Source: an uncultured Acidimicrobiia bacterium (GTDB lineage: Bacteria; Actinomycetota; Acidimicrobiia; Acidimicrobiales; AC-14). From it: a stretch of 64,000 bases of DNA. The notes beneath the pieces are model-generated. The model was not told the origin of the DNA and did no database searches. It saw only the letters and a list, made by a program, of their open reading frames with translations. Made by a program: the position numbers and the translations under genes. The DNA lies in assembly GCA_963836205.1 (NCBI GenBank), contig CAWIIV010000011.1, positions 135,903 to 199,902 of the forward strand. The letters run 5' to 3'. Shown here in pieces: positions 10,634 to 20,988 of the stretch. Within the stretch, counting starts at the first letter, position 1; the number at the start of each line of letters is the position of its first letter.

Positions 10634-11998
10634 TCAGCAGAGTGCCGGAGGCGGTCGGGGCGGCGGCACGGCGTTCCTCGGATGGCGCCGATCCTCGGGT
10701 GGGACCAGTGCCCGTTTGCCCCGGCCCTCGACCAGTGACCAGTTCTGCCGCGTCTTGAGGGCGTGGCAGTGCCCACAGAGGCGGTCGAGCAGGTCGAGGA
10801 CGGTGAGATGGGTGCGGGCCCAGTCGACTCGGTGGTCGTAGTCGAGGCGGGCCTGGGCGCTGCAGGCCTCGTTGGCGCAGCTCGGGTAGAGCCACTGGAG
10901 GGCTGTCTGCTGCAGAGCGTTCGGCCGCCGCCCCAGATGGGCCACCCCAACCAGCTCCTGCCCTCGGGTGGCCACCGCGGTCAGGAATGGATCGTCTGTG
11001 TCGATCATGTCTCGCACCGCAGACACCGCCACCGGACCGAACCCGGCGATCTCGCAGACCTCCCCCTCGGTCGGGAAGCCCCGCAACAGCGCCTCGAGGT
11101 CGACCCGAACGATGATCTTCGGCGGCCCCACCCGCCGCTGAGGTGCCGGCGAAGACGCCGGCGCCTCGGCCGACTCACCGTTCCCGGCGGGCTCGGCAAC
11201 CGCGCCTGGCCCGTCGCTCGCGGGCGCCAGGACAGTCGGGGCGCCCCCGACTTCGCACTCGCCGGCGCCTGCCTGAACGCCGGAGCTCGCGCCGTCACGA
11301 CACGAGCGGCGGGCCATCTCGGCCAGGGCGTCGGCGGCGTAGGCCTCGGGCGGCTCCTGGCGCCGTTCGGCCCGCGCCCGGCGGAAGAAGTCCTCTCGGA
11401 TCGGATCGAGGGCGGCCATGATGCGGGCACCCACCTCGGGGTTGTTGCGACTGTGGAGGTGCCATTCACCCTCCGCGTCGGTGTAGGAGCGGAGGGAACG
11501 GCGCTGGTGGATGCGTTGGCGGCGGGCCTCGACATCGATCCGTGCCGCGGCCTTGGTGCGGGCGCACTGCTCTCGAAGCTCCGCCAGGGGCGACCGCCGG
11601 GCCGCTTCGAGCAGCCGGCTCTCGGCCCCGGCGTCCGCCCCGGCCGCGTCCACGATCGCCGACGCCTGCTCGGAGGACAGCTCACCCCTGCGGGCGGCGG
11701 CCGACGTCTCGGGCAGGGCATCGAGGCGGCGGGCGGTCTCGATGGCGGCCGCGGCCTGCACCACCGTGGTGCCGGTCCGCCGGGCCAGGAGATGTGCCGC
11801 CGAGCGCTCGCCCTCGGCCCGCCAGGAGCCGGTGTCGGCCAGTCGGGCTGCGGCCAGGGCCTTGATCGTGGCGGCGATCTTCTCGATTCGAGACGCCTGA
11901 TCGACGACCTCTTCGGCCTGAGCCGCCGACAGCACGGCCGCGTCGAACCGGGCGGCATACCCACTCAGCGTTTCTCGCAGTTCCGCGATCCCGACCAT
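10634..11998 (-). CDS. DUF222 / 13E12-repeat-like protein with C-terminal HNH endonuclease domain
   Basis: Helical Ala-rich N-terminus, ADAL motif and IIVRVD; C-terminal CANEAC..DYDHRVDW..LCGHCHALKT HNH signature. Start taken at ATG 11998. Confidence 0.85.
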   Translation of the reverse strand: MVGIAELRETLSGYAARFDAAVLSAAQAEEVVDQASRIEKIAATIKALAAARLADTGSWRAEGERSAAHLLARRTGTTVVQAAAAIETARRLDALPETSAAARRGELSSEQASAIVDAAGADAGAESRLLEAARRSPLAELREQCARTKAAARIDVEARRQRIHQRRSLRSYTDAEGEWHLHSRNNPEVGARIMAALDPIREDFFRRARAERRQEPPEAYAADALAEMARRSCRDGASSGVQAGAGECEVGGAPTVLAPASDGPGAVAEPAGNGESAEAPASSPAPQRRVGPPKIIVRVDLEALLRGFPTEGEVCEIAGFGPVAVSAVRDMIDTDDPFLTAVATRGQELVGVAHLGRRPNALQQTALQWLYPSCANEACSAQARLDYDHRVDWARTHLTVLDLLDRLCGHCHALKTRQNWSLVEGRGKRALVPPEDRRHPRNAVPPPRPPPALC

Positions 11999-12045
11999 GG
12001 TCGTGCTCTCTGCCGGACCGTATGCCGAAGGGGAAAGTGGCCAGC

Positions 12046-12063
12046 TACGAACTGGTGTTCGTA
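12046..12063. promoter_or_regulatory. LexA (SOS) box, Gram-positive type
   Basis: TACGAAC-TGGT-GTTCGTA has perfect inverted arms matching CGAAC-N4-GTTCG, directly downstream of the -10 of the HNH gene promoter. Confidence 0.85.
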
Positions 12064-12091
12064 TCCTAACCACCGTTCGACCGGAATGCAA
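12063..12091 (-). promoter_or_regulatory. Housekeeping sigma promoter of the HNH gene
   Basis: Minus strand TTGCAT-17 nt-TAGGAT. Confidence 0.7.
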
Positions 12092-12190
12092 GGACCTGAA
12101 GAACGAAATCCTGGGGCCTAGCGGCGTGGCGCAGCCTGGTGCGAAGCTGGGAGGGATGGCTGGAGTGAGCCTGAGAACTGCGACAGAGCC

Positions 12191-12517
12191 GTGACTGAGC
12201 ACCTCGACTTCTGCCCCTACGAGGACGAGTACGCGGCGGGCGAATGTCCGGCGTGTGCCGCGGGAAGAAAGGCCTGCTGGACCACGCCGAGCGGAGACGC
12301 CTTCCACCTACGGAGCGATTGCGTCGCCCTCAACCGGCACCGGAAACACCCCGCCGTCCGGACGACCGTCCGGTGGGCGAAGGGGAGTGACTACAGCGGG
12401 TGTGAGGTCTGCGTCAACGAGGTCTGTGACGCGTGCGCCGGCAACAGGCACGGCAGCTGCAACCCGAGGGCGTCGAAGTTGCCGCACTGTGCGTGCGCGG
12501 CCCGTGGCCACCGATGA
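12191..12517 (+). CDS. Small Cys-rich putative multi-zinc-binding protein
   Basis: 108 aa with about 12 Cys; TPSGDAFH..DC..L...YSGCEVC resembles Ada-type Zn-binding-like motifs, plus extra CxxC pairs. Confidence 0.6.
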   Translation: MTEHLDFCPYEDEYAAGECPACAAGRKACWTTPSGDAFHLRSDCVALNRHRKHPAVRTTVRWAKGSDYSGCEVCVNEVCDACAGNRHGSCNPRASKLPHCACAARGHR

Positions 12518-12541
12518 ACCCGCCGGGCCGTCTTGGCACTA

Positions 12542-12557
12542 CGTGAGGGGTTTCACT
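12542..12557. promoter_or_regulatory. Rex/CRP-like operator upstream of nuoA2
   Basis: CGTGAG-GGGT-TTCACT; near match to TGTGAA-N4-TTCACA and to the site at 16576. Confidence 0.6.
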
Positions 12558-12571
12558 AGCCTCCGCTTGCG

Positions 12572-12937
12572 ATGAGCGAGTTCCTGCAGCAGTACTTGAC
12601 GGTGGCCGTCTTCAGCGTGGCCGCCATCGCCATGGTCGGCGGCATGCTCGGTCTCGGGAGCCTGGTCCGGCCCACCCGGCCCCAGTCGCAGAAGTACATC
12701 AACTACGAATGCGGCGTCGACCCGGTGGGCACCGGTTGGTCGCAGAGTCAGATCCGGTACTACGTCTTCGCCCTCCTCTTCGTCATGTTCGACGTGGAGG
12801 CGGTGTTCATCTTCCCGTGGGCCGTGCGCCTGGAGGCCTACGGTCTGTTCGGGCTCATCGAGATGACGATCTTCATCGTCATCCTCGCCCTCGGACTCCT
12901 CTACGCCTGGCGAAAGAAGGTTCTCCGTTGGGCCTAG
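12572..12937 (+). CDS. nuoA: Complex I subunit A (second cluster)
   Basis: [25 protein letters not shown]. Confidence 0.95.
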   Translation: MSEFLQQYLTVAVFSVAAIAMVGGMLGLGSLVRPTRPQSQKYINYECGVDPVGTGWSQSQIRYYVFALLFVMFDVEAVFIFPWAVRLEAYGLFGLIEMTIFIVILALGLLYAWRKKVLRWA

Positions 12938-13440
12938 TGGAGCGGGGCACGTTCGCCAAGAAGCAGCTCAAGCCCCTCACCTGGCTCCTCAACTACAGCC
13001 GGAAGTACTCCCTGTGGGTCTACCAGTGGGGGCTGGCCTGCTGCGCCATCGAGATGGGGGCCGCCTTCGGGTCGCCCCGGTACGACGTCATGCGCCTGGG
13101 GGTCATCCCCTTCCCCGCCGGACCCCGCCAGGCCGACCTGGTGGTGGTGTCGGGCACCGTCACCGACAAGATGGCCCCCGCCATCCGCCGACTGTGGGAG
13201 CAGATGCCCGACCCCAAGTACGTGATCTCCATGGGCTCGTGCGCCAACTGCGGCGGCCCCTACTGGGACTCTTACTCCGTCACCAAGGGCGTCGACCAGA
13301 TCATCCCGGTCGATGTCTACGTGCCCGGCTGCCCGCCCCGCCCGGAGGCCCTGCTGGAGGGCATCGTCCTGCTCCAGCAGCGCATCCAGAACGAGGACAT
13401 GGGCGAGCGCTGGCGGGGTGAGCCGATTGTCGTCGGCTGA
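12928..13440 (+). CDS. nuoB: Complex I subunit B (second cluster)
   Basis: [29 protein letters not shown]; start TTG 12928 (alternative GTG 12937). Confidence 0.95.
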   Translation: MGLVERGTFAKKQLKPLTWLLNYSRKYSLWVYQWGLACCAIEMGAAFGSPRYDVMRLGVIPFPAGPRQADLVVVSGTVTDKMAPAIRRLWEQMPDPKYVISMGSCANCGGPYWDSYSVTKGVDQIIPVDVYVPGCPPRPEALLEGIVLLQQRIQNEDMGERWRGEPIVVG

Positions 13441-14674
13441 GATCAGCACCCCGACGGTCCCTTCGCCGACTGTTACAGGCGGCGACCAGGCCCGGGCCCG
13501 CCTCGACGCCCTTGTCACCGAGTTGGGCGACGACGTGCAGGGTTCCGAGGTCGTCCGCAACGGCGACGTCATCGTCCGGGTCGCCGCCAGCGCGTGGAGG
13601 CGGGCGGCCGAGGTCTGCAAGGCCCAGGGCTACGACTACTTCTGCTTCCTGTCCGGGATCGACTGGATGCCGTCGACATCGCCCAACCCCCGGGCGTCGG
13701 TGTCCGACGAGCTCGACACCGGCGACGACGAGGCACCTGCCGAAAGGGGCGAGGCCGAGGAAGAGGCGGCGGCGGTGGCCGACAACGAGGACGCGGTCGC
13801 CGAGGCCGAGCCCGAGGTCGACGCCGGCGGACTCGGGTATCCCACCGGCGTGGCCGGCGGCGACACCCGGTTCCAGGTCTTCGCCCGCCTCTACTCCACC
13901 ACCCGCCACGAGGGCGTCACCCTCAAGGCCGACCTGGATCCGGACGCCCCCAGCGTGGAGACGTGGTCGGGCATCTACCCCGGGTCGGACTGGAACGAGC
14001 GGGAGACCTGGGAGATGTACGGGTTCGTCTTCGAGGGCCACCCCAACCTGATCAAGCTCTACCTGCCGGGCGAGTTCGAGGGTTTCCCCCTGCGCAAGGA
14101 CTTCCCGCTGCTGTCCCGCGAAGTGAAGCCGTGGCCCGGCCTGGTCGACGTCGAGCTCATGCCCGAGGTGCCGGAGTCCGAGGCCGAGCCCGCCCCCGAG
14201 GCTCCCGCCCCCGAGGCTCCCGCCCCCGAGGCTCCCGCCCCCGAGGCTCCCGCCCCCGAGGCTCACGCCCCCGAGGCTCACGCCCCCGAGGTTCCCGCCC
14301 CCGAGGCTCACGCCCCCGAGGCTCACGCCCCCGAGCCTGAGCTCGCCGCGGAGGTTCCCGCCACCGAGGCCGCGCCCGCCGAGGCCGCGCCCGCCGAGGC
14401 CGAGCCCGCCGAGGCCGAGCCCGGTTCCGCGGCGCCTGCGCCCCTCAGCGCGGCGCCTGAGCCGGCGGCCGCCGCGCCGGAGCCGGCGGCCGCCGCGCCT
14501 GAGCCGGCAGCCCCGCCGCCGGCCGAGAACTCCGTCCCAGAGACAGCCGAGGAGGCGCACGCGACCGGCACCGAGAGCGCCACCACCGGCCCCGCGGCCG
14601 AAGCGGTCGCCGTCGAGGCCGCCCCCCCCGAGGCGCCCGGCCCCAAGGCCACGACCGAGGAGGACGCGGGCTGA
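13427..14674 (+). CDS. nuoC: Complex I subunit C (second cluster) with acidic insertion and long Ala/Pro/Glu C-terminal tail
   Basis: [30 protein letters not shown]; start TTG 13427 inferred. Confidence 0.9.
   Translation: MSSAEISTPTVPSPTVTGGDQARARLDALVTELGDDVQGSEVVRNGDVIVRVAASAWRRAAEVCKAQGYDYFCFLSGIDWMPSTSPNPRASVSDELDTGDDEAPAERGEAEEEAAAVADNEDAVAEAEPEVDAGGLGYPTGVAGGDTRFQVFARLYSTTRHEGVTLKADLDPDAPSVETWSGIYPGSDWNERETWEMYGFVFEGHPNLIKLYLPGEFEGFPLRKDFPLLSREVKPWPGLVDVELMPEVPESEAEPAPEAPAPEAPAPEAPAPEAPAPEAHAPEAHAPEVPAPEAHAPEAHAPEPELAAEVPATEAAPAEAAPAEAEPAEAEPGSAAPAPLSAAPEPAAAAPEPAAAAPEPAAPPPAENSVPETAEEAHATGTESATTGPAAEAVAVEAAPPEAPGPKATTEEDAG
14189..14335 (+). repeat. In-frame 15-bp tandem repeat x10 (A[P/H]APE) in the nuoC2 tail
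   Basis: GCCCCCGAGGCTC[C/A]C units, read directly. Confidence 0.9.
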
Positions 14675-15843
14675 TGGCCGTCACCGACCAGCAGCGCATG
14701 GCCTACATCGCGGGCCAGGCGGCCGACGCCCGGGTCAACGTCGAGCTCCAGACCGAGGACATGGTCCTCAACCTCGGCCCCCAGCATCCGGCCACCCACG
14801 GCACCCTGCGCATCGTGGCCAAGCTCGACGGCGAGCAGGTCATCAGCGCCGACGTCATCTGCGGCTACATGCACCGGGGCTACGAGAAGCTCACCGAGGT
14901 CCGCACGTATCCGCAGGTCACCACCCTGATCAACCGCATCGACTGGCTGTCGTCGTTCGCCAACGAGGTCCCGTTCATCCTGGCCGCCGAACAGCTGATG
15001 GAGATCGAGGCCCCGCCCCGGGCCCAGTGGATCCGCACCATCATGTTCGAGCTCAGCCGCATCGCCAACGTCACCCTCTTCATCGGCGAGATGGGTGTGC
15101 AGCTGGGCGCCCTCACCCCCGTGTTCTTCGCCTTCCGCGACCGGGAGTACGTCCTCAACCTGATCGAGGCCGCCACCGGCGGGCGCTTCCATCCCAACTA
15201 CGACCGCATCGGCGGGCTCAAGGAGGACCTCCCCCGGGGTTGGATCTCCGAGACCCACGGGGCCATGAAGCGCATCCGGACGTACTGCGACCAGCTCGAA
15301 GACCTCCTGATGGGCAACGAGATCTTCGAGGCCCGCACCCGGGGCGTCGGCGTGATCCCGGCCGAGATGGGCCTGGCCTACGGGCTGTCGGGGGCCAACA
15401 TCCGGGCCAGCGGGGTCGACTGGGACCTCCGCCGCGACGAGCCCTCGCCTCTCGTGTGGAGCGAGCTCGACTGGAAGGTCTGGACCCACCCCGACGGCGA
15501 CTCCTTCGCCCGCTACTGGGTGCGGCTCCAGGAGGTGCGGGAGGCCACCAAGATGGTCGACCAGCTCCTCGACGGGCTGCCCGCCGGCCCCATCCAGGCC
15601 AAGGTGCCCCGTATCATCAAGGTACCGGCCGGCGAGGCCTGGGCCCACACCGAGAACCCGCTGGGAGAGATGGGCTACTACGTGGTCAGCCAGGGCGGCC
15701 TGGGCCCGTTCCGCTGCAAGATCCGCTCGGCCTCGTTCAACAACGTGTCGATCGTCCCCTGGCTGCTCAGGGGCGTCTACGTGCCCGACATCATCACCAT
15801 TCTGGCCAGCCTCTACTTCATCCTCGGCGACATCGACCGGTAG
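14674..15843 (+). CDS. nuoD: Complex I subunit D (second cluster)
   Basis: LNLGPQHPATHGTLR, GYMHRGYEK, C-terminal GDIDR. Confidence 0.95.
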   Translation: MAVTDQQRMAYIAGQAADARVNVELQTEDMVLNLGPQHPATHGTLRIVAKLDGEQVISADVICGYMHRGYEKLTEVRTYPQVTTLINRIDWLSSFANEVPFILAAEQLMEIEAPPRAQWIRTIMFELSRIANVTLFIGEMGVQLGALTPVFFAFRDREYVLNLIEAATGGRFHPNYDRIGGLKEDLPRGWISETHGAMKRIRTYCDQLEDLLMGNEIFEARTRGVGVIPAEMGLAYGLSGANIRASGVDWDLRRDEPSPLVWSELDWKVWTHPDGDSFARYWVRLQEVREATKMVDQLLDGLPAGPIQAKVPRIIKVPAGEAWAHTENPLGEMGYYVVSQGGLGPFRCKIRSASFNNVSIVPWLLRGVYVPDIITILASLYFILGDIDR

Positions 15844-15861
15844 CGACTCCGGCCCGCCGGG

Positions 15862-16275
15862 TCAGATGGCGGTGACGTGCACGTTGGGGTAAGCGGCGGC
15901 CAACCGGGCCACATCGCTCTCATCCCCCGTCACGATCACCCCTCCGCCCGCCTCCACCGCGGCGGCGACGGTGTGCGCGTCGGCCAACTCGGACGACCCG
16001 GCTCTCGCGGCCGTCAGGACGCCGCCGACGAGTCGGGCGAAGCTCCGGTCGGTGGCCCGGACGAGGATGCCGGTCTCCCGGCTGAGACACGCGTCCACCA
16101 CCTGGTTGTGGCCGGGGCCGCGGTAGAGCTCGGCGAGGATGACGGCGGGGGTGATGACCTCCCGCCGCAGGCGTCGGGCCGCCTCCACCGCCGCTCGCAC
16201 CTCCCGGAACCGCGGGCCTCGCTGGCCGGCGAGGCTCGAGAGCGCTTCGGCGTCGAGGACGAGGACGAGGCTCAA
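15862..16275 (-). CDS. PIN-domain (VapC-like) toxin
   Basis: LVLDAEAL, LAELYRG, DAHTVAAA and VTGD..D acidic PIN residues; 137 aa. Confidence 0.85.
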   Translation of the reverse strand: MSLVLVLDAEALSSLAGQRGPRFREVRAAVEAARRLRREVITPAVILAELYRGPGHNQVVDACLSRETGILVRATDRSFARLVGGVLTAARAGSSELADAHTVAAAVEAGGGVIVTGDESDVARLAAAYPNVHVTAI

Positions 16276-16499
16276 CCGAGCAGGTCGATGTACTTGCGGA
16301 CCAGCTGCTCGTCGACCGGCCCGTTGGTCGCCTCGAGCCCGTCGAGCATCTCACCGAGGAGACGATGTCTGCGCCGGCGGGTCAGCTCCAACCGGACCGC
16401 CTCGTTCACCTGCGACGACAGCGCCTCACCTCCCGCTTCGAGCTCGGCGACGAGGTCCTCGTCCAGGGACACCGACACCTTCCGTTTGGTCGTGGTCAT
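16272..16499 (-). CDS. Ribbon-helix-helix antitoxin (VapB-like)
   Basis: KRKVSVSLDEDLV RHH motif; 75 aa; 4-bp overlap with the toxin. Confidence 0.85.
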   Translation of the reverse strand: MTTTKRKVSVSLDEDLVAELEAGGEALSSQVNEAVRLELTRRRRHRLLGEMLDGLEATNGPVDEQLVRKYIDLLG

Positions 16500-16505
16500 A
16501 CCCTA

Positions 16506-16521
16506 AGCCTACCGAAGTAGG
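16506..16521 (-). promoter_or_regulatory. Putative leaderless promoter and palindromic operator of the TA pair
   Basis: Minus-strand -10 TAGGCT lies 6 nt before the ATG and overlaps the palindrome CCTAC-CGAA-GTAGG. Confidence 0.55.
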
Positions 16522-16575
16522 AGGGCGAGGCCATCAACGGCGGTAGCACGCGAGATGCCGGCTGTGTTGTCACTG

Positions 16576-16591
16576 TGTGAAGGGCTTCACT
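16576..16591. promoter_or_regulatory. Rex/CRP-like operator upstream of nuoH2
   Basis: TGTGAA-GGGC-TTCACT, one mismatch to TGTGAA-N4-TTCACA. Confidence 0.7.
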
Positions 16592-16608
16592 AGTGTCCAG
16601 CGCGAGTC

Positions 16609-17631
16609 ATGCTGGCCTTCGAACTTTCCTTCTGGTGGGCGACCCTGTTGAAGACGGTGGTCGTGCTGTCGGTCATCCCGGCGGCCGCCATCATCCTCGG
16701 TTACGTCTTCCTGTTGAAGATGATGGCCCACATGCAGAGCCGTCTGGGGCCCATGGAGCCGGGCGGTTTCCACGGCTGGTTCCAGCTCATCGGCGACGGG
16801 ATCAAGTTCATCCAGAAGGAGGACATCATCCCGGCCGAGGCCGACCGCCGGGTGTTCGCCATCGCCCCCGTGGTCGTGCTCGTCTCCACCTTTCTCCTCT
16901 ACATCGTGCTCCCGGCCGGGCCCGACCTCGTGGTCCAGGACCTCGACGTGGGCATCTTCTACGCCCTGGCCGTCTCGTCACTGTCGGTGATCGGCGTGCT
17001 CATGGCCGGGTGGGCGTCGGCCAACAAGTACTCCCTCCTCGGCTCGCTGCGGGCTGCGGGCCAGCTCATCGCCTACGAGCTCCCCCTCGTGCTGGCCGTC
17101 GTCGGCGTGGTCATCCAGGCCGGCACCATGAGCCTGCAGGGCATCGTCCACGCCCAGGCCGACGGCGAGATCTTCGGGATCGGCCTCATCGGCAACCCCT
17201 ACATCCTCACCCAGGCCCTCGGCTTCGTGATCTTCGTGGCCGCCTCCCAGGCCGAGCTCACCCAGACGCCGTTCGACATGCCGGTGGCCGAGTCGGAGCT
17301 GGTGGCGGGCTACATGACCGAGTACTCCGGTTTCCGCTTCCTGTTCTTCTTCATGGCCGAGTTCGGCACCGCCTTCGCCCTGTCGGCCATCGCCGCCACC
17401 CTCTACCTCGGCGGCTGGTCGGTGCCCTTCGTCGACGGCAACCTGGCCAACATCCTCGGCCCGATCGTGCTCGGGGCCAAGATCATGCTGGTCGCGTTCC
17501 TGATCTTCTGGATGCGGTTCACGTTCCCCCGTTTCCGTGAGGACCAGCTCCAGGCCTTCGCCTGGAAGATCCTGATCCCCCTCTCGCTGGCCAACATCGT
17601 TGCGACCGGCATCCTGAAGGTGGCGTTCTAG
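16609..17631 (+). CDS. nuoH: Complex I subunit H (second cluster)
   Basis: MQSRLGP, PFDMPVAESELVAGYMTEYSG, PRFREDQL. Confidence 0.95.
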   Translation: MLAFELSFWWATLLKTVVVLSVIPAAAIILGYVFLLKMMAHMQSRLGPMEPGGFHGWFQLIGDGIKFIQKEDIIPAEADRRVFAIAPVVVLVSTFLLYIVLPAGPDLVVQDLDVGIFYALAVSSLSVIGVLMAGWASANKYSLLGSLRAAGQLIAYELPLVLAVVGVVIQAGTMSLQGIVHAQADGEIFGIGLIGNPYILTQALGFVIFVAASQAELTQTPFDMPVAESELVAGYMTEYSGFRFLFFFMAEFGTAFALSAIAATLYLGGWSVPFVDGNLANILGPIVLGAKIMLVAFLIFWMRFTFPRFREDQLQAFAWKILIPLSLANIVATGILKVAF

Positions 17632-18111
17632 ATGCCCAAGATCCCCGGTCAGGGCCTCGTCAAGGGCCTCGGCGTCACGTTCAAGACCATGCTCCAGCCG
17701 GCGGTCACGGTGCAGTACCCCAAGGAGCGGGAGGAGCCCGTCGGGCGGGCCCGGGGCGTCATCGCCCTCAAGGAGGAGAACTGCACCGCGTGCATGCTCT
17801 GCGCCCGTGAGTGTCCCGACTGGTGCATCTACATCGAGGGCCACAAGGAGAAGCGGCCCCCCCGCCGCGAGGGTGGCAAGCCCCGCACGGTCAACGCCCT
17901 CGACCGCTTCGACATCGACTACGCCCTCTGCATGTACTGCGGCATCTGCGTCGAGGTCTGCCCCTTCGACGCCCTGTTCTGGAGCCCGGAGTTCGAGTAC
18001 TCCGAGGTCCGCATCGCTGATCTCCTCCACGACAAGGAAAAGCTCGGCGAGTGGATGGAAGGTGTCCCCGAACCCCAGCCCCTCGAGGCCGGGGCGGTCA
18101 AGAAGAAGTAG
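17632..18111 (+). CDS. nuoI: Complex I subunit I (second cluster)
   Basis: [12 protein letters not shown] and [12 protein letters not shown]. Confidence 0.95.
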   Translation: MPKIPGQGLVKGLGVTFKTMLQPAVTVQYPKEREEPVGRARGVIALKEENCTACMLCARECPDWCIYIEGHKEKRPPRREGGKPRTVNALDRFDIDYALCMYCGICVEVCPFDALFWSPEFEYSEVRIADLLHDKEKLGEWMEGVPEPQPLEAGAVKKK

Positions 18112-18137
18112 GGACGCGCACCGCTCGTGGTCGCCGC

Positions 18138-18171
18138 GAACCCATGATCGCCGAGAACCCATGATCGCCGA
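18138..18171 (+). repeat. 17-bp direct duplication (GAACCCATGATCGCCGA) of the nuoJ2 start
   Basis: Copies at 18138 and 18155; only the second ATG is in frame. Confidence 0.9.
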
Positions 18172-18652
18172 GAACATCGCCTTCTATCTCATGGCCGTCG
18201 CCATGGTGGCGGCCGCCTGCCGCCTGGTCACCACCAAGAACGTGGTGCGGGCCGCCCTCTTCCTGGCCATCGTGCTGGGCGCCACCGCCGGCATGTTCGT
18301 CCTCCTCCTGGCCGAGTTCGTGGCCTGGGTGCAGGTGCTCGTCTACATCGGCGCGGTGGTGGTCCTCCTCCTGTTCGGGGTCATGCTCACCCGGGCGCCC
18401 ATCGGCCGGGAGTCCGACCTCGACAACGACAGCAAGTGGGTGCCGGCCCTGGTCGCCGTGTTCCTCCTGGGTGCCATCGCCACCATGCTGAGCGACGCCT
18501 TCGGCTCGGAGGAGATCTCCTTCGGCCGCATCCAGCGCACGGCCGACGTGGCCGACTCGATCTTCGGGGTCTACGTGATCCCGTTCGAGGTGGCGTCGGT
18601 GCTCCTGCTGGCCGCCCTGGTGGGCGCCGTCGCCCTGGCCCGAAGGGACTAG
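18161..18652 (+). CDS. nuoJ: Complex I subunit J (second cluster)
   Basis: [30 protein letters not shown]. Confidence 0.93.
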   Translation: MIAENIAFYLMAVAMVAAACRLVTTKNVVRAALFLAIVLGATAGMFVLLLAEFVAWVQVLVYIGAVVVLLLFGVMLTRAPIGRESDLDNDSKWVPALVAVFLLGAIATMLSDAFGSEEISFGRIQRTADVADSIFGVYVIPFEVASVLLLAALVGAVALARRD

Positions 18653-18662
18653 GAACCGTCCC

Positions 18663-18962
18663 ATGATGCTCAACCAGTTCCTGATGCTGGCCGCGGTGCT
18701 CTTCTGCATCGGCGTCTACGGCGTGCTGGTCCGCAAGAACGCGGTGCTCGTGCTCATGTCGATCGAGCTCATGCTCAACGCGGTCAACATCAACCTCATC
18801 GCCTTCGGCGCGTTCCGCGACAACGTGATCGGCCAGGTCTTCTCCCTGTTCGTGATCGCCATCGCCGCCGCCGAGGTCGGGGTCGGCCTGGCGATCGTCC
18901 TGCTCATCTTCCGCAACCGGGCCAACATCGACCTCGACCAGGCCGATCTGATGAAGGGCTAG
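18663..18962 (+). CDS. nuoK: Complex I subunit K (second cluster)
   Basis: [21 protein letters not shown]. Confidence 0.95.
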   Translation: MMLNQFLMLAAVLFCIGVYGVLVRKNAVLVLMSIELMLNAVNINLIAFGAFRDNVIGQVFSLFVIAIAAAEVGVGLAIVLLIFRNRANIDLDQADLMKG

Positions 18963-18974
18963 GGGCTCCCACCC

Positions 18975-20963
<1,989 letters not shown>

Positions 20964-20988
20964 CCCCCCTCGTAGGAGAGTCGTCCGA

